DNA of 64,000 nt, from assembly GCA_000004985.1 (NCBI GenBank), contig GG738847.1; one strand, written 5' to 3'. The translations under genes were made by a program, and so were the position numbers. Positions 29,736 through 40,670 of the stretch are shown here, one piece after another; the first letter of the stretch is position 1, and each line of letters opens with the position of its first letter. The notes under the pieces are model-generated. The model did not search any database, was not told the DNA's origin, and worked only from the letters and a program-made list of their open reading frames with translations. The DNA is from Naegleria gruberi. Taxonomy: Eukaryota.

Positions 29736-32065
29736 ATGGGAAATCATCACACTAGTGGTTCATCAATGTTTGCATCGGTGAATGATCGTCAAGATGTGAT
29801 GAATCCGAGACAACGAAAACTTCAAGAACAACAATACGAAACTGACCAAGTTTCGAATGACGATGACGAAATGAACCAAGAATTGACTCGGATGGTCAAG
29901 GAACAGGAACAAGTCGATGAGAATGAAATTAAAAATGGTTTGCCATTTGGTGTAATTCTGTTAGGAAGTGCAGATTCAGGAAAGTGTAAGTTTGCAAATT
30001 CGAAACCTTTCTAATAATTTATTGGATGTAATTGGATGAATTTGAAATACATTTTCTAATAGCAACACTTTGGAATCGATGGAAACTACAAACTCAACCC
30101 TTGTCTCAATCAGAGAAGGTAGAATTTGCCAATTCCATCCTCACATATATTATTACATGTTTGAAACGATTACTTGATTTGGCAAAATCGACACTTTCCA
30201 AAGAAGATTATCAAAACTTGTATTCGAAACATGATTTCTCTATTGATTTGCTTTCTCAAATATCAGAATGTGGTTCAACTTTCGAATACTTATTTACGAA
30301 TCCCATTTCAAAGACGAAAATGCAATCTCTGTGGATTGATCATGATTTTATTGCACATTTACCAGCTCTCTTTATGGAACCATGTATTCAAGAGTTGTAT
30401 TTGAATCAATTTAAAGGTAAATCAGATTCGAATAATGATCATTCGAATCATCCTTACTTTCATTCGAATCAGATAGATGGCGAGGAAGGTATCGTCAATG
30501 AAATTCTATTAGGCAATTATCTGCACTACTTTTTACAAACACCTTCCTTCCTACAAGAATTATCCGAAACCTTTACACACTCTGCTGCCAACTCAATATT
30601 GAGAGATTATTCCACCTCTCCTTCAAGTGAATTGTTTTCGAAACCCATCCAATTAACTCTGAATGATATTCTCAAATCAAAGATTGTCACAACCTCAATC
30701 AACACTTTGAAATTTCAATTCTCTAAAAAATCAATCAGCACAAAAGTGATTAAAGTTATTGAGAAGAGAAAGAGAGGATTATCAGGAGCTGCTTTACCTA
30801 ATTCTGGAGTAGTTGCTTCTCCATCAGGTAATTGTCCAAATAATGAATCGATTCAAGTTCATGGAAAATGTGGAAATGTTGCAATTCCAAAATTGGTTTT
30901 GAATACAGTTCCAAAGGAGGAAAAGAGCTTGCTGCCAAAAAGTGCTCGTGGTAATTCCATGACTCCTAGAAGTAATAGTGTGAATAGTAAGCCAGTTTCA
31001 GTTTCCATTACTGCAAATGATGAGAGTGTGCAAAATTCACCACCAAAGAAGACAACCACAAAGAAATTGGTCGAATCGTTGGTTAGAAAACGATCAGGAA
31101 GCAATAATAATGCGAATGCAGCAACAACTAGCACTTCAACAAACTCAAAGGGTCCCTATTTAGTCATCTCTCCTGCAAATTCACCTCGTTCCTCAATTGC
31201 AAGTGAGGGATCTTCGTTTAGTCCATTGCTGGGAACTTCTCCATCGTCCTCATCAATGGGTATGCCTTCTCCTAATTTCAATCAGCAATCAAGTGGAAAT
31301 AATTCTGCCAACATGCAGAGTAGTTCAGGTTCGAGTGTTGTGAGGGCAATGCAAGAGAGTACATTCACTTTGGATTCATTTGAAAAGAAGAAATTACAAA
31401 AGTTTACAATACTAGATACTCCTGGAGTTATTTCTCAGAGAGATTTGGTCAGTATGACATTGAATGCATCAACTCGACCAACAGCAACATTTTCATTGAA
31501 GAGTGTAGTGTTTATGTGTTCATTGGCAGATTTTGATCTCACAACAATAGATGGAAAAGATGATAAAATTAAGAGATTGCATGACAGCTTGGCATTCTTT
31601 GAAAAGACACTTGTCATGTCAAATAATCTCAAAGAAATGAGAAGAATCCTTGTCTTTACTCATGTAGACGTTTTCGAGCATCGAATTCTCAATGAATTGA
31701 CCTCCCCAAAGAAGAAACAATTACTGGAATTGTTGGGAATTGCTGTCAATGAAGATGATTTGGAAAATTGTGAACTTGTTCACTTGACCTTCAAACACAT
31801 TGTCTCACTATTCGAAACTTTGGAAAAGAAGAATCCTCACAAGTACATTCTCGAATATTACGCCCTCAATATGATGGATACTAGAGATGTTTGCGAATTT
31901 ACCTACCACCTCACCATGAGAGATGGTTACACTAAAAAGGATTATCCATCCATGACTTCAATTAATGTCTATTCTTCACCAATAGTTTCTGGATGTGAAT
32001 ACGAGGTCATTCAAAATATCCAAATGGTCAATTCATTCTATGATATTTCTCTAATGTTCCAATAA
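29736..32065 (+). CDS. Highly divergent heterotrimeric G-protein alpha subunit-like protein. Two exons: 29736..29985 and 30063..32065.
   Basis: MGNHHT matches an N-myristoylation consensus. The P-loop-like GVILLGSADSGK|ST is split by a 77-nt intron (gtaagt at 29986 to aatag at 30062). The C-terminal region VVFMCSLADFDLTTIDGKDDKIKRLHDSLAFFEKTLVMSNNLKEMRRILVFTHVDVFEHRI aligns with the G-alpha block AIIFCVALSDYD...NRMHESMKLFDSI...ILFLNKKDLFEEKI. NKxD is changed to THVD and DVGGQ is not recognisable. A Ser/Asn-rich insert of about 300 aa is present. Confidence 0.65.
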
Positions 32066-32209
32066 ATTGGAATGAAAAGAAATTGATCTATATGTAATAG
32101 GAATAGGATGGCCTGTAAATAAAATTCCTGCCATTTAAACTTTGCAAAGATCTGAATTTAAAAGCTATTTCCATAAAATTCAACCATACTATTCCAAAAA
32201 AGTATTATT

Positions 32210-34096
32210 TTAAAATTTCCTTAATTTTGATTTTGGTGTTAAATCTTCCTCAATTTCAACATCTTCATCTTCTTGACTACCATCTTCTCTGCATCGTTTC
32301 AGAGTATCAGCAAACTCCTCTTCCCAAGAATCTACTATAGCATATTCATTATCTTTCAATTCTCTTGAAAGTTTGAGAAGTGTTCGATCCAACAGGAGTC
32401 TATCAGATGCACAATTAATACTACTTGGATTGTTCATTATAGCTGTCTTGACAATTTCGTAATCATCTTGTAAATCCTCGTGAGCCCAATCCAAAGAAGT
32501 TCCCGAATTAGAAACTGCTGCCATTACAATTTCCCTATCACACTTGAATTCATCTGATACAAACTGCAAATTTGGTCCATATCCTTGAACTGCACAAAGT
32601 GTCACCTCTCTATCACGTACATTTTCCGTATTGCTTTCTGAAAATAACCATGGACATTTGTTAACTACTTGTAATGCTATTTCCTTAGTAACAAATTGTG
32701 GGTCAATAAATTGGAAGGAAAATAGCGATTGATTGAGTGCTGCTTGGACAATTTCCTCATTCTGATAATATGCAAATTCCAAGGCAAGTCCATTTTCAGA
32801 TACTGCTTTGAGAATAATATCAGGTCTATTTCTCAATCTATTATCGGCATATTGTAAAGCCAATCCACAATTAGAAACTGCTGTCACTACAATTTCATCA
32901 TCATCTTGCAGCTCTCCTGAGGTGTATCCCAGTGCCATTCCATAATTACTCACAGCAGCTAACAATACATCTCCATCATTCCTTATTTCCCTATGAGTGT
33001 AGCAAATAATCTCTCCATTCTCTTTAGCCAAATTCAATATGAAACTCTTAAAATCGGTTTTATCTGAGTGCACAAAGGCATACTGAATAGCTTCTGGGTT
33101 ATTTCTAATTGCCTCTGCTATTATCTCATCATCAACAAGATCAATATTAGCATACTCCAAAGATTCTCCATTATTTTGAACAGCTTGGAGTATCATTTCT
33201 CTTGTTTGATTTTCATCATTAATTAAACACAGCGCATTTCCATCATATTCTATTAATTTTTCAGACTCTTCGACAGGAAATCCTTCAACATTAATACTAT
33301 CAACTATTTCTCCAGAGTATTTCACAGACAACTTGGTTAATTCGATAATTTCAGAAAGAGACAAATCGTTAACATGTTGCAAATAGTATTGAGAATATGG
33401 ATGAACTTTCATGACTTCAACAAGAATTTCCTTTCCAATACAATTGCCCATAGTATCGTGACATAATCCAAGGTACAGAGCTACCTTATTACCCACTTGT
33501 CTATCTGTCACTGCTGTTGTAGTCTTAACGAATGGATTGTCATTAGCTCCCAGGATTACAATTGCATCACTTGTAACTTCTGAACCAAGATATTCCAAAG
33601 CCATGCCATTACTTTTAACTGCTTCTGTTGTAATTACCGTGTCCCAACATCCATTATTTTCAAAGACCTTAATGGCCATTCCATCCTCTTTAACAGCTTC
33701 CAATATTAAATCTTTTGTAATATATCTCCAATCCATATCCAAAATTAACATTCCATTCTGCTGAACTGCTCTTTTCCTCACTTTATGATGATTCTGTAAT
33801 CGTTGACTTGCTTTTAAATAAAAATCTCCGTGAAAATCAATATATTTTAGCATGACTTCCATATCATCACACAGTTTTTCTTCCATTTCCTCATCATTAC
33901 ACTGTTCAATCAGCAATTCCAAAGTAGAAGCATTTAACCCAGCCAAAGACAATGCATCAATCCGAAGCTTTTGATATTTTACTTGTCGTTCGCGAGAATT
34001 TTTCATAAATTTTCGGAGGAAATTGTAGGCTTGGCTGATGTGTTGATTCCCAGCATCAAAATCGATGAGATGAATGGAACAAGAAATTTCAGACAT
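32210..34096 (-). CDS. DUF4116-like repeat protein, 628 aa.
   Basis: Repeated units of the form (I/V)(L/V)xAVxxNGxALxYA...(L/R)xxDxE, e.g. DREIVMAAVSNSGTSLDWAHEDLQDDYEIV and RPDIILKAVSENGLALEFA. Confidence 0.6.
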   Translation of the reverse strand: MSEISCSIHLIDFDAGNQHISQAYNFLRKFMKNSRERQVKYQKLRIDALSLAGLNASTLELLIEQCNDEEMEEKLCDDMEVMLKYIDFHGDFYLKASQRLQNHHKVRKRAVQQNGMLILDMDWRYITKDLILEAVKEDGMAIKVFENNGCWDTVITTEAVKSNGMALEYLGSEVTSDAIVILGANDNPFVKTTTAVTDRQVGNKVALYLGLCHDTMGNCIGKEILVEVMKVHPYSQYYLQHVNDLSLSEIIELTKLSVKYSGEIVDSINVEGFPVEESEKLIEYDGNALCLINDENQTREMILQAVQNNGESLEYANIDLVDDEIIAEAIRNNPEAIQYAFVHSDKTDFKSFILNLAKENGEIICYTHREIRNDGDVLLAAVSNYGMALGYTSGELQDDDEIVVTAVSNCGLALQYADNRLRNRPDIILKAVSENGLALEFAYYQNEEIVQAALNQSLFSFQFIDPQFVTKEIALQVVNKCPWLFSESNTENVRDREVTLCAVQGYGPNLQFVSDEFKCDREIVMAAVSNSGTSLDWAHEDLQDDYEIVKTAIMNNPSSINCASDRLLLDRTLLKLSRELKDNEYAIVDSWEEEFADTLKRCREDGSQEDEDVEIEEDLTPKSKLRKF

Positions 34097-34486
34097 TTTT
34101 TTTTAAAAAATTAAAAATTTACAATTTTATTTAATAATGTGAACTAAAGGTTTACAATATTGAAAATTTGAAAGAGATGGAATTCTTAAAGGGGAAGATT
34201 GAAGAAATTGTTAATGCACACGAGGCGAACCATTCTTTCTAATAATACTCGAAACTAAACTACCTCGGACGCTCAAATTTCATCTATCGCACATTTGTCG
34301 GTCATATTAGTAAACATTCCAGTTTAATAAATTCGCAATTTTAAGAAAATTTCAAAAAACAAAATCAAAAAAAAATTCAAAAAACGTTGAACAAAGGAAG
34401 AATTTTTCAATCTCTTCAAAATATTCATCATCATCATCAATTAAATAATAATAATAATTTTATTCATTCCGATCATCATTATCATC

Positions 34487-35434
34487 ATGTTTGTCGCAGT
34501 TACAGGAGCTTCAGGATATATTGCCGGACATATTGTTAAACAATTATTGGAAAATGGACATAGAGTGAGAGGTGTTGTCAGAGATTTATCAAACAAGAGC
34601 AAGTATGATTATTTGGAAAAGTTTGCAAACTTGGAAAATCAATTGGAATTTGTGCAAGTCAATGATCAAAATTATGAGAATGCATTTGTTGGAGTGGATG
34701 CTGTGATTCATACTGCTACTCCTTATATTTACACTGCTAAGGATCCACAGAAGGAGATTGTAGAACCAGCTGTCAATTTGACAAGAGGTGTGATTGAGGC
34801 TGCTCTTAAGAATCAAGTGAAGAGAGTTGTGATTACTTCTTCTGGAGGTGCAATTTTCAGTTTCCCAGTTCCACAAGGAAAGATCTTTACTAGCAATGAT
34901 TGGAATCTTCAAAGTAATCTCACTAATAATCCATATTTCTATTCCAAGAGATTGGCTGAAGAGGAAGCTTGGAGATTATATAAGGAAAATTCTGACAAGA
35001 TTGAAATTGTTGTTGTGAATCCAGTTTATGTTTTGGGACCAACTTTGAATCCATTTATCAATACCAGTGTTGAAAATTTGAAAAAGTACTTGTTGGGTGA
35101 ACATGAAACAGTTCAAGTTGGAGGAATTGCAATTGTTGATGTGAGAAATGTAGCAACAGCTCATGTATTGGCAGTGGAAAAGAAGGAAGCTGCTGGAAAG
35201 AGATTAATCTGTAGTGGACAAGTTTGTAATTGGTCCGATATTCCAAAAACTCTCAAACAACAATTCCCTCAATATGCTGTAAGCAAGTACACTGAATTCC
35301 CAGAAGCTACTACATATGGAATGGATACTCAACCACTCAAAGATTTGGGACTTGTTGAATATTATTCATTTGAGCAAACTATTAGGGATACTGTTGAATC
35401 TCTATTGGAACATAATTTGATCGAAAAGTTGTAA
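34487..35434 (+). CDS. NAD(P)-dependent epimerase/dehydratase-family reductase, cinnamoyl-CoA reductase / GRE2-like.
   Basis: Rossmann motif VTGASGYIAGHIVKQLLENGHRVRGVVRD. Catalytic YxxxK region YFYSKRLAEEEAW. Confidence 0.8.
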   Translation: MFVAVTGASGYIAGHIVKQLLENGHRVRGVVRDLSNKSKYDYLEKFANLENQLEFVQVNDQNYENAFVGVDAVIHTATPYIYTAKDPQKEIVEPAVNLTRGVIEAALKNQVKRVVITSSGGAIFSFPVPQGKIFTSNDWNLQSNLTNNPYFYSKRLAEEEAWRLYKENSDKIEIVVVNPVYVLGPTLNPFINTSVENLKKYLLGEHETVQVGGIAIVDVRNVATAHVLAVEKKEAAGKRLICSGQVCNWSDIPKTLKQQFPQYAVSKYTEFPEATTYGMDTQPLKDLGLVEYYSFEQTIRDTVESLLEHNLIEKL

Positions 35435-35518
35435 AATAGATAAAATTAAATAATAGTTAATAACATGTTAACCACTATTTTATTGAGGAATTGAATTTGA
35501 CTTGGTAGTGACGAATCT

Positions 35519-36057
35519 TTATAACCCAGTAAATTCTAAACAATGTTTTTCTGGTTTGAATTTATATCCAGCTTCCTCAGTATGATAAATAGTGTACTTT
35601 CCAAAAATATCATAATCAAAAATGGGTGTTACTTTGAGTTTCGAATAGATTGCTTCTGGGAGAAAATTAGTTTTCATACCAATTCCACATAGTTCACACT
35701 GGAAGAGATATTTGAATTTCTCATCTCCTTTGATACTGCTTCTTGAGATACGAAAGTGTGAACATTCAGTTTGTTTCTTCTGGATTAGTACTTTGTTTTT
35801 AAACTTTGAAAGTTCACGTTCGAGGAAGAATCTTGCATGATGCATTCGATTTTCTTCTTGAACTTCGTTTTCCTTCTGCAAACATAATAATTGATTGTGA
35901 ATATTCTGAAAATTACTTTACAATTATTGTAATCTTTCAAAGGTCTTTCCTTTTCTTGAAGAGCTTTCTTCTTAGCCATATGAGGTGACATCAGAGTATC
36001 AGAAACACTCTTGAAAAAAATCTCCTTATCAATTCCAGAAATAATCTTGAATTTCAT
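35519..36057 (-). CDS. Hypothetical small protein with two exons: 35917..36057 and 35519..35875.
   Basis: A 41-nt intron (GTAATT...TTTGCAG) joins ...ERPLKDYNNCK to KENEVQEENRMHHARFF... in frame. Contains a CELCG motif. No family recognised. Confidence 0.4.
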
Positions 36058-36159
36058 CTCTCGGTCAACCAGATTAAAAAATCCATTACAATCTCTTTTC
36101 AATAATTTTACAAAAAATTCATTCTTGTGAATTCGTGCTGATACAACTTTGAAATTGAT

Positions 36160-38313
36160 TTATTCAATTTGAATATTTCTAAGTAATTCTTGAATTTGAT
36201 AAACTTTTGTAAATTGATAACAAGGCAACGATTGGAAATATTTAATTTCCTTTACAATATCATACATTGATTCTCTCTTCATCCAATTAATAAATTCAAT
36301 TGAATTTGGTCCAATTACAAAATCATTTTGATTTTCTTCCACTAGAAATAAATCTCTTAAATGAAGTCTGACGTATGGAATGATTGATGTGTTTTCCTCA
36401 GATGATTCTTTGAGTGTTTGTCTGTATTCTTGGTAATTTGATTCTTCAGACATGAGTTGTTGGAATTTCATCTTGTTTGCTTGTTCTGATTGATTAATTT
36501 TTAAGGTTTTGACCTCGCCATATTCGAAAGCATTTAGGATAGCTTTGAGTGTGTTGAAATTATTCAATTTTTTCAAATGTTCACAAATTGAAATGCATCT
36601 CTTGATTGGATTTTTAGATTTTGGTTTACAAATTGAAAAACTAATCCATTTGGTGACATTTTCAAAATGAATTAACAATTTGTTGATATTTGGACATCTG
36701 TGTTTGAATTTCAAACGTTTCCATCCGAAACTCATTAATTCTTCCAATCCAATAGCGACAAACAAGTCATATTCATAAAGTGTTAATTGTCTTGCAATTT
36801 CCTCCTCATCTATATCATCCAATGAAAGAGTTTCACAGAAAATCTTTTGCATTGGCACTTTAGGTTCAATATAATTGACATTGACACTCGATGGATTTTT
36901 CTTTTCAGTGGATTGACCTTGTTCAATGTGTTGTAAAATATCCTTTCTCAATTTGATGAATTTAGGTGAGGAATTATTATGATTTTCATGGTTCAATAAC
37001 TTTTGCACCTTGGCAATCATGTTATTGGTGAAATGTTGCGAATGTTGTTCCATCCAATAGTGCAAGAATTTGAGAATTCCTGCCTGAATATTATTTTTCG
37101 ATTCTTGTGAATGATTCTTTGGCAAATTTTTGCATTTCTGAATGAGACGATTCAGAACAGTTTCGGCTGAAATCAGAGACAAGTAAGTATGAAGGAAAAC
37201 ATCCACAAATAGTGAACTCTGTTGATCTGTTGTTAAGGAGGTCAACTTTTCAAGAATTCTATTCAAAGTACCAGCTTGGAATTGTTCATATTTCTTAACT
37301 GGATCCACGTGGACAATTTCATTCTGACCTCCAACAATTTCCTTCCACTTACTCAAATTCTCCTTTTCAGATTCTGTCACATGTCCATATTCATTAATTC
37401 CCAAATCATTCAAACTTTCTTCCAATGCCTTCATAATTGAATTCTTATTCTTTTGTACATTGGCCGAATGTTGAAACTTGTCGAAAATGACCAAATCATG
37501 CAAACGTTCAGTTTTCTTCACTGCTTCCTTTGCCAATCCATGCAATAAACTCTGTTGAACATCAATATCCAAATACTTTCGTTTAGTTTCCTTTTCCAAT
37601 TCTGAAATAGTCCTCTTCAATCCTTCAAATCTCAAATGTTGCATCAAAATATTCAAAACAACATCTTCTGTTAAATTTTCTCTTACTTGTTTCTGACCTG
37701 CATTGTAAACTTCGCCAAATGAAATTGTTCTCCATAATGGATAGATTCTTTCTTGTAATTCTTGAATGACTGGATATTTCTCGAGAATTCTGTTTCTCCA
37801 TTTGGATTTATCTTCTGAATTTGATTTGGATGAGTCTTCGGATGGAGGAATAGTTTCGGTTGGAATAGTTTCAAGTGGTGGATTCGTTTCTGATTTTGAA
37901 CTTTCTGGAATTGCTTCAGGTTGTGATTCTTCTAAAGAAGCAGAAACTGGAAGTGAAGATGGAGAAATCAATGTGGAATTCAACAATGGACGAAACTCTT
38001 CAACATTCCAATGATCTTCATAAACATATCCTAAACTATTTTCGAATAATTTAACCGAATTGTATGGTTTCACCGAATCTTTCAAATTTTCTACATTCTC
38101 CACCACATTCTTCTTTGTAAATCCAATTCGAATAGGAATTTTGTCTTGAGAATTAAAATTTTCCTTTACAATTTTCACATTTTCCAAAATTTCCAATTCC
38201 ATTTCTGATCTTTCGAGTTTTGAATTATTTCCAGAACTGGACAAACTTGATCTCAACTTGAAAAGATTACTTCCAGGAGGTATTGGCAGTTGTGCATTAA
38301 AAGTTGGTGCCAT
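36160..38313 (-). CDS. Ras guanine nucleotide exchange factor (RasGEF N-terminal plus CDC25 catalytic domain) with a LisH-like motif. The N-terminus may extend to 38774.
   Basis: CDC25-type catalytic region (ARQLTLYEYDLFVAIGLEELMSFGW...IIPYVRLHLRDLFLVEENQNDF). The reading frame stays open upstream of the annotated Met and continues N/Q/S-rich. It is separated by a frame change from the ORF starting at 38774. Confidence 0.8.
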   Translation of the reverse strand: MAPTFNAQLPIPPGSNLFKLRSSLSSSGNNSKLERSEMELEILENVKIVKENFNSQDKIPIRIGFTKKNVVENVENLKDSVKPYNSVKLFENSLGYVYEDHWNVEEFRPLLNSTLISPSSLPVSASLEESQPEAIPESSKSETNPPLETIPTETIPPSEDSSKSNSEDKSKWRNRILEKYPVIQELQERIYPLWRTISFGEVYNAGQKQVRENLTEDVVLNILMQHLRFEGLKRTISELEKETKRKYLDIDVQQSLLHGLAKEAVKKTERLHDLVIFDKFQHSANVQKNKNSIMKALEESLNDLGINEYGHVTESEKENLSKWKEIVGGQNEIVHVDPVKKYEQFQAGTLNRILEKLTSLTTDQQSSLFVDVFLHTYLSLISAETVLNRLIQKCKNLPKNHSQESKNNIQAGILKFLHYWMEQHSQHFTNNMIAKVQKLLNHENHNNSSPKFIKLRKDILQHIEQGQSTEKKNPSSVNVNYIEPKVPMQKIFCETLSLDDIDEEEIARQLTLYEYDLFVAIGLEELMSFGWKRLKFKHRCPNINKLLIHFENVTKWISFSICKPKSKNPIKRCISICEHLKKLNNFNTLKAILNAFEYGEVKTLKINQSEQANKMKFQQLMSEESNYQEYRQTLKESSEENTSIIPYVRLHLRDLFLVEENQNDFVIGPNSIEFINWMKRESMYDIVKEIKYFQSLPCYQFTKVYQIQELLRNIQIE

Positions 38314-38943
38314 ATTTTGTTGGTAATGATGTAAACTTTGTTGTTGGAAAGTGGACGAAAGTGGAATTTGATGAGGAGGTGAAGAACTTGAAGCGACTTG
38401 TTGATTGTTACGTGGAGAAATGTTTCTCGGTGAATTGTTATTAGAATTATTGTGTAGGAGAATGTTGGTATGATAATTAGAAAGTGAGATGATGAAGGAC
38501 TGTTATTCGAATGTGTTGAAGAGGATCGGGAGCGATTATTATGAATAGGTGGAGTGCCAGAAATATTGGAAACTTGTTGTTGATGACTAGAATGATGATG
38601 ATAGGTATTAGAATAACTATTAGAATTATTATTCGAAACCATTCGTATTGGATAATTCAAGGTATAAACCAATCGATGAGGTTCAACATCCACATAATCA
38701 TAAACTCCATCACTGTACAATGTCTGTGATGTTTCTTCTTGACTTGTCTCAACATCAATTGCAGTGCTTGTCATCTTTTTTTTATTATTCGAATCTTACG
38801 GGGTAATTTGGTTCACTCCGTCGTGTGGCTATTAATAATTATAACCAACTTCTCAGATAGGCATGCCGAAATCATTTCATTCTTGATTTGGAGCGAATGA
38901 CATTGTTCTTTGTAATTTTTGAAAACTTTCGAATAGTTGGTTT

Positions 38944-40448
38944 TTACACAGTTTCTAATGGAGAGTTTGACCTTTTGAAATCTTCCACTCTGCCTTCATC
39001 TGCTCCTTCACTGCTGAAACTGTGGTGGCTTGTTTCATCATCGTCATCGTTATCGAATGCATTTCTTGGAGATTCAAGTTTCGAATTATTTCCAGAATCA
39101 TCCATTGCTTGATTTCCAAATGAAGAAATTGAAGAAACATTCTTCTTGATATAATTATATTCCAAAACATCCTTTCCATTCAAAATAATAACTGGTTTCT
39201 CAATTACTTGTTCCTTTCCAACAGTTGACTTATTCGAAACTGTTTCTTCTTTAAATTTAAAGTATGAATATAAGAATGTTCCAACTAATGCAATAGAAAG
39301 TCCAATCAAGGTATGAATTGATAAATCCTTCTCATTTCCAAAGAGGAAATATCCACCAATGAGAACTGAAACTGTTTTTGCGTGACCTAAAACTTGAAAA
39401 CTTTACAATTTTTGTAAGTGAAAAGAAATACTGAAATACTTACGTAAGTGGAGAGAGTTTACCAATAACTAGGTAACCTGAAACATTTACGAAAAATGCT
39501 GCAAATCCTGAAGCTAAAACTGCCAACTGTCAATTTAGGTAAATTTACAAAAATGGAAAATGACAAAAACTTACAAAGAATGATGAATTTCCATTAAATA
39601 AATTAACACTATATGCAATGGAATCTAATCCATCAACTGGAATGGATGCTAATGCCATCAAAATTGAAGAAAACAATGAATGGTTCAGTAACAATTCGAA
39701 ACCATTCATCTTGTACTTTTTACAGAAATAATTAATACACTATTTTGAGAACCAAATCAATATTAAGCACATAATCAATCCATTAAATCATTTCTTGACT
39801 ACTTACAATTTGAGAAGTTGCTCCTGTCAAGATTGCAAACAGACAAATGACACTTCCAAACCAATTTAACATGATATCAAATCCAATCACCAACATCATA
39901 CCCAAAACAATCAAAACCAAAGATCCAACAATTTTCTTTTCCATTTTCATGTTAAAATAAAAGAAATTAATTGCAATCAAACATGGAATGACCATTAATT
40001 TGGAAAGTTGATAGACGGAAATGGAATTGTGGATTAAACTCAAGTTTCCGAAAAGGAGAGCGGAAGAAACACTCAAACTGAAGAGAATGCCATCGGTTAA
40101 GGACATGAATTTACATTCGAATACTGAGAATATTTCAGTTTCTGAATCATTATTCGAAATATGGTTTTCTTCTTTGGAAATTATTATGGGTAATACGGTT
40201 TCTTCTTCCTTATTCACTGCCTGTTGTTTCTCACTCAGAGTTTCTTTGAGTGGATTCTTGAATAAATTATTCAAGACATACAAAATATACGAAACTATGA
40301 AACAAGTAATGAAATGGAATGCCATTAGAAGAGTTCCCGCAACTTTCTTATCATTGTAAATGTACTTGTTGATGAATATGATGGAAACACTGCTTGCATA
40401 TGAAAAGAGCAAGTATCCTAGTTGTTGCATAATAATGCCAAATGTCAT
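38944..40448 (-). CDS. Nucleotide-sugar / triose-phosphate transporter family (TPT/NST) membrane protein. Four exons: 39807..40448, 39575..39709, 39444..39526, 38944..39400.
   Basis: Multi-TM protein. The conserved block ...IGKLSPLT|FQVLGHAKTVSVLIGGYFLFGNE (equivalent to TSALTYNVVGHAKT) is restored by splicing a 43-nt intron. Introns are 97, 48 and 43 nt with GTAAGT donors. Confidence 0.7.
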
Positions 40449-40670
40449 TTTGTTTTGTTTTTTTTGAAAATGCCGAAAGGAAGTGATATCTAATGGGTAA
40501 CAATAACAGCAACGTTTCATAACATTTAACACTGTCGGTCTATTTTAGTCCAATTCCCTTTAGTTGTCCTCTTCATTCAATTTGGAAAGTTATTCGAAAG
40601 TAGTCGTTGAAATTGATAGCACTAATGCGACCAAGTTTCTAATTGGCTGTTTCAAATTCCTCTTGATAAT

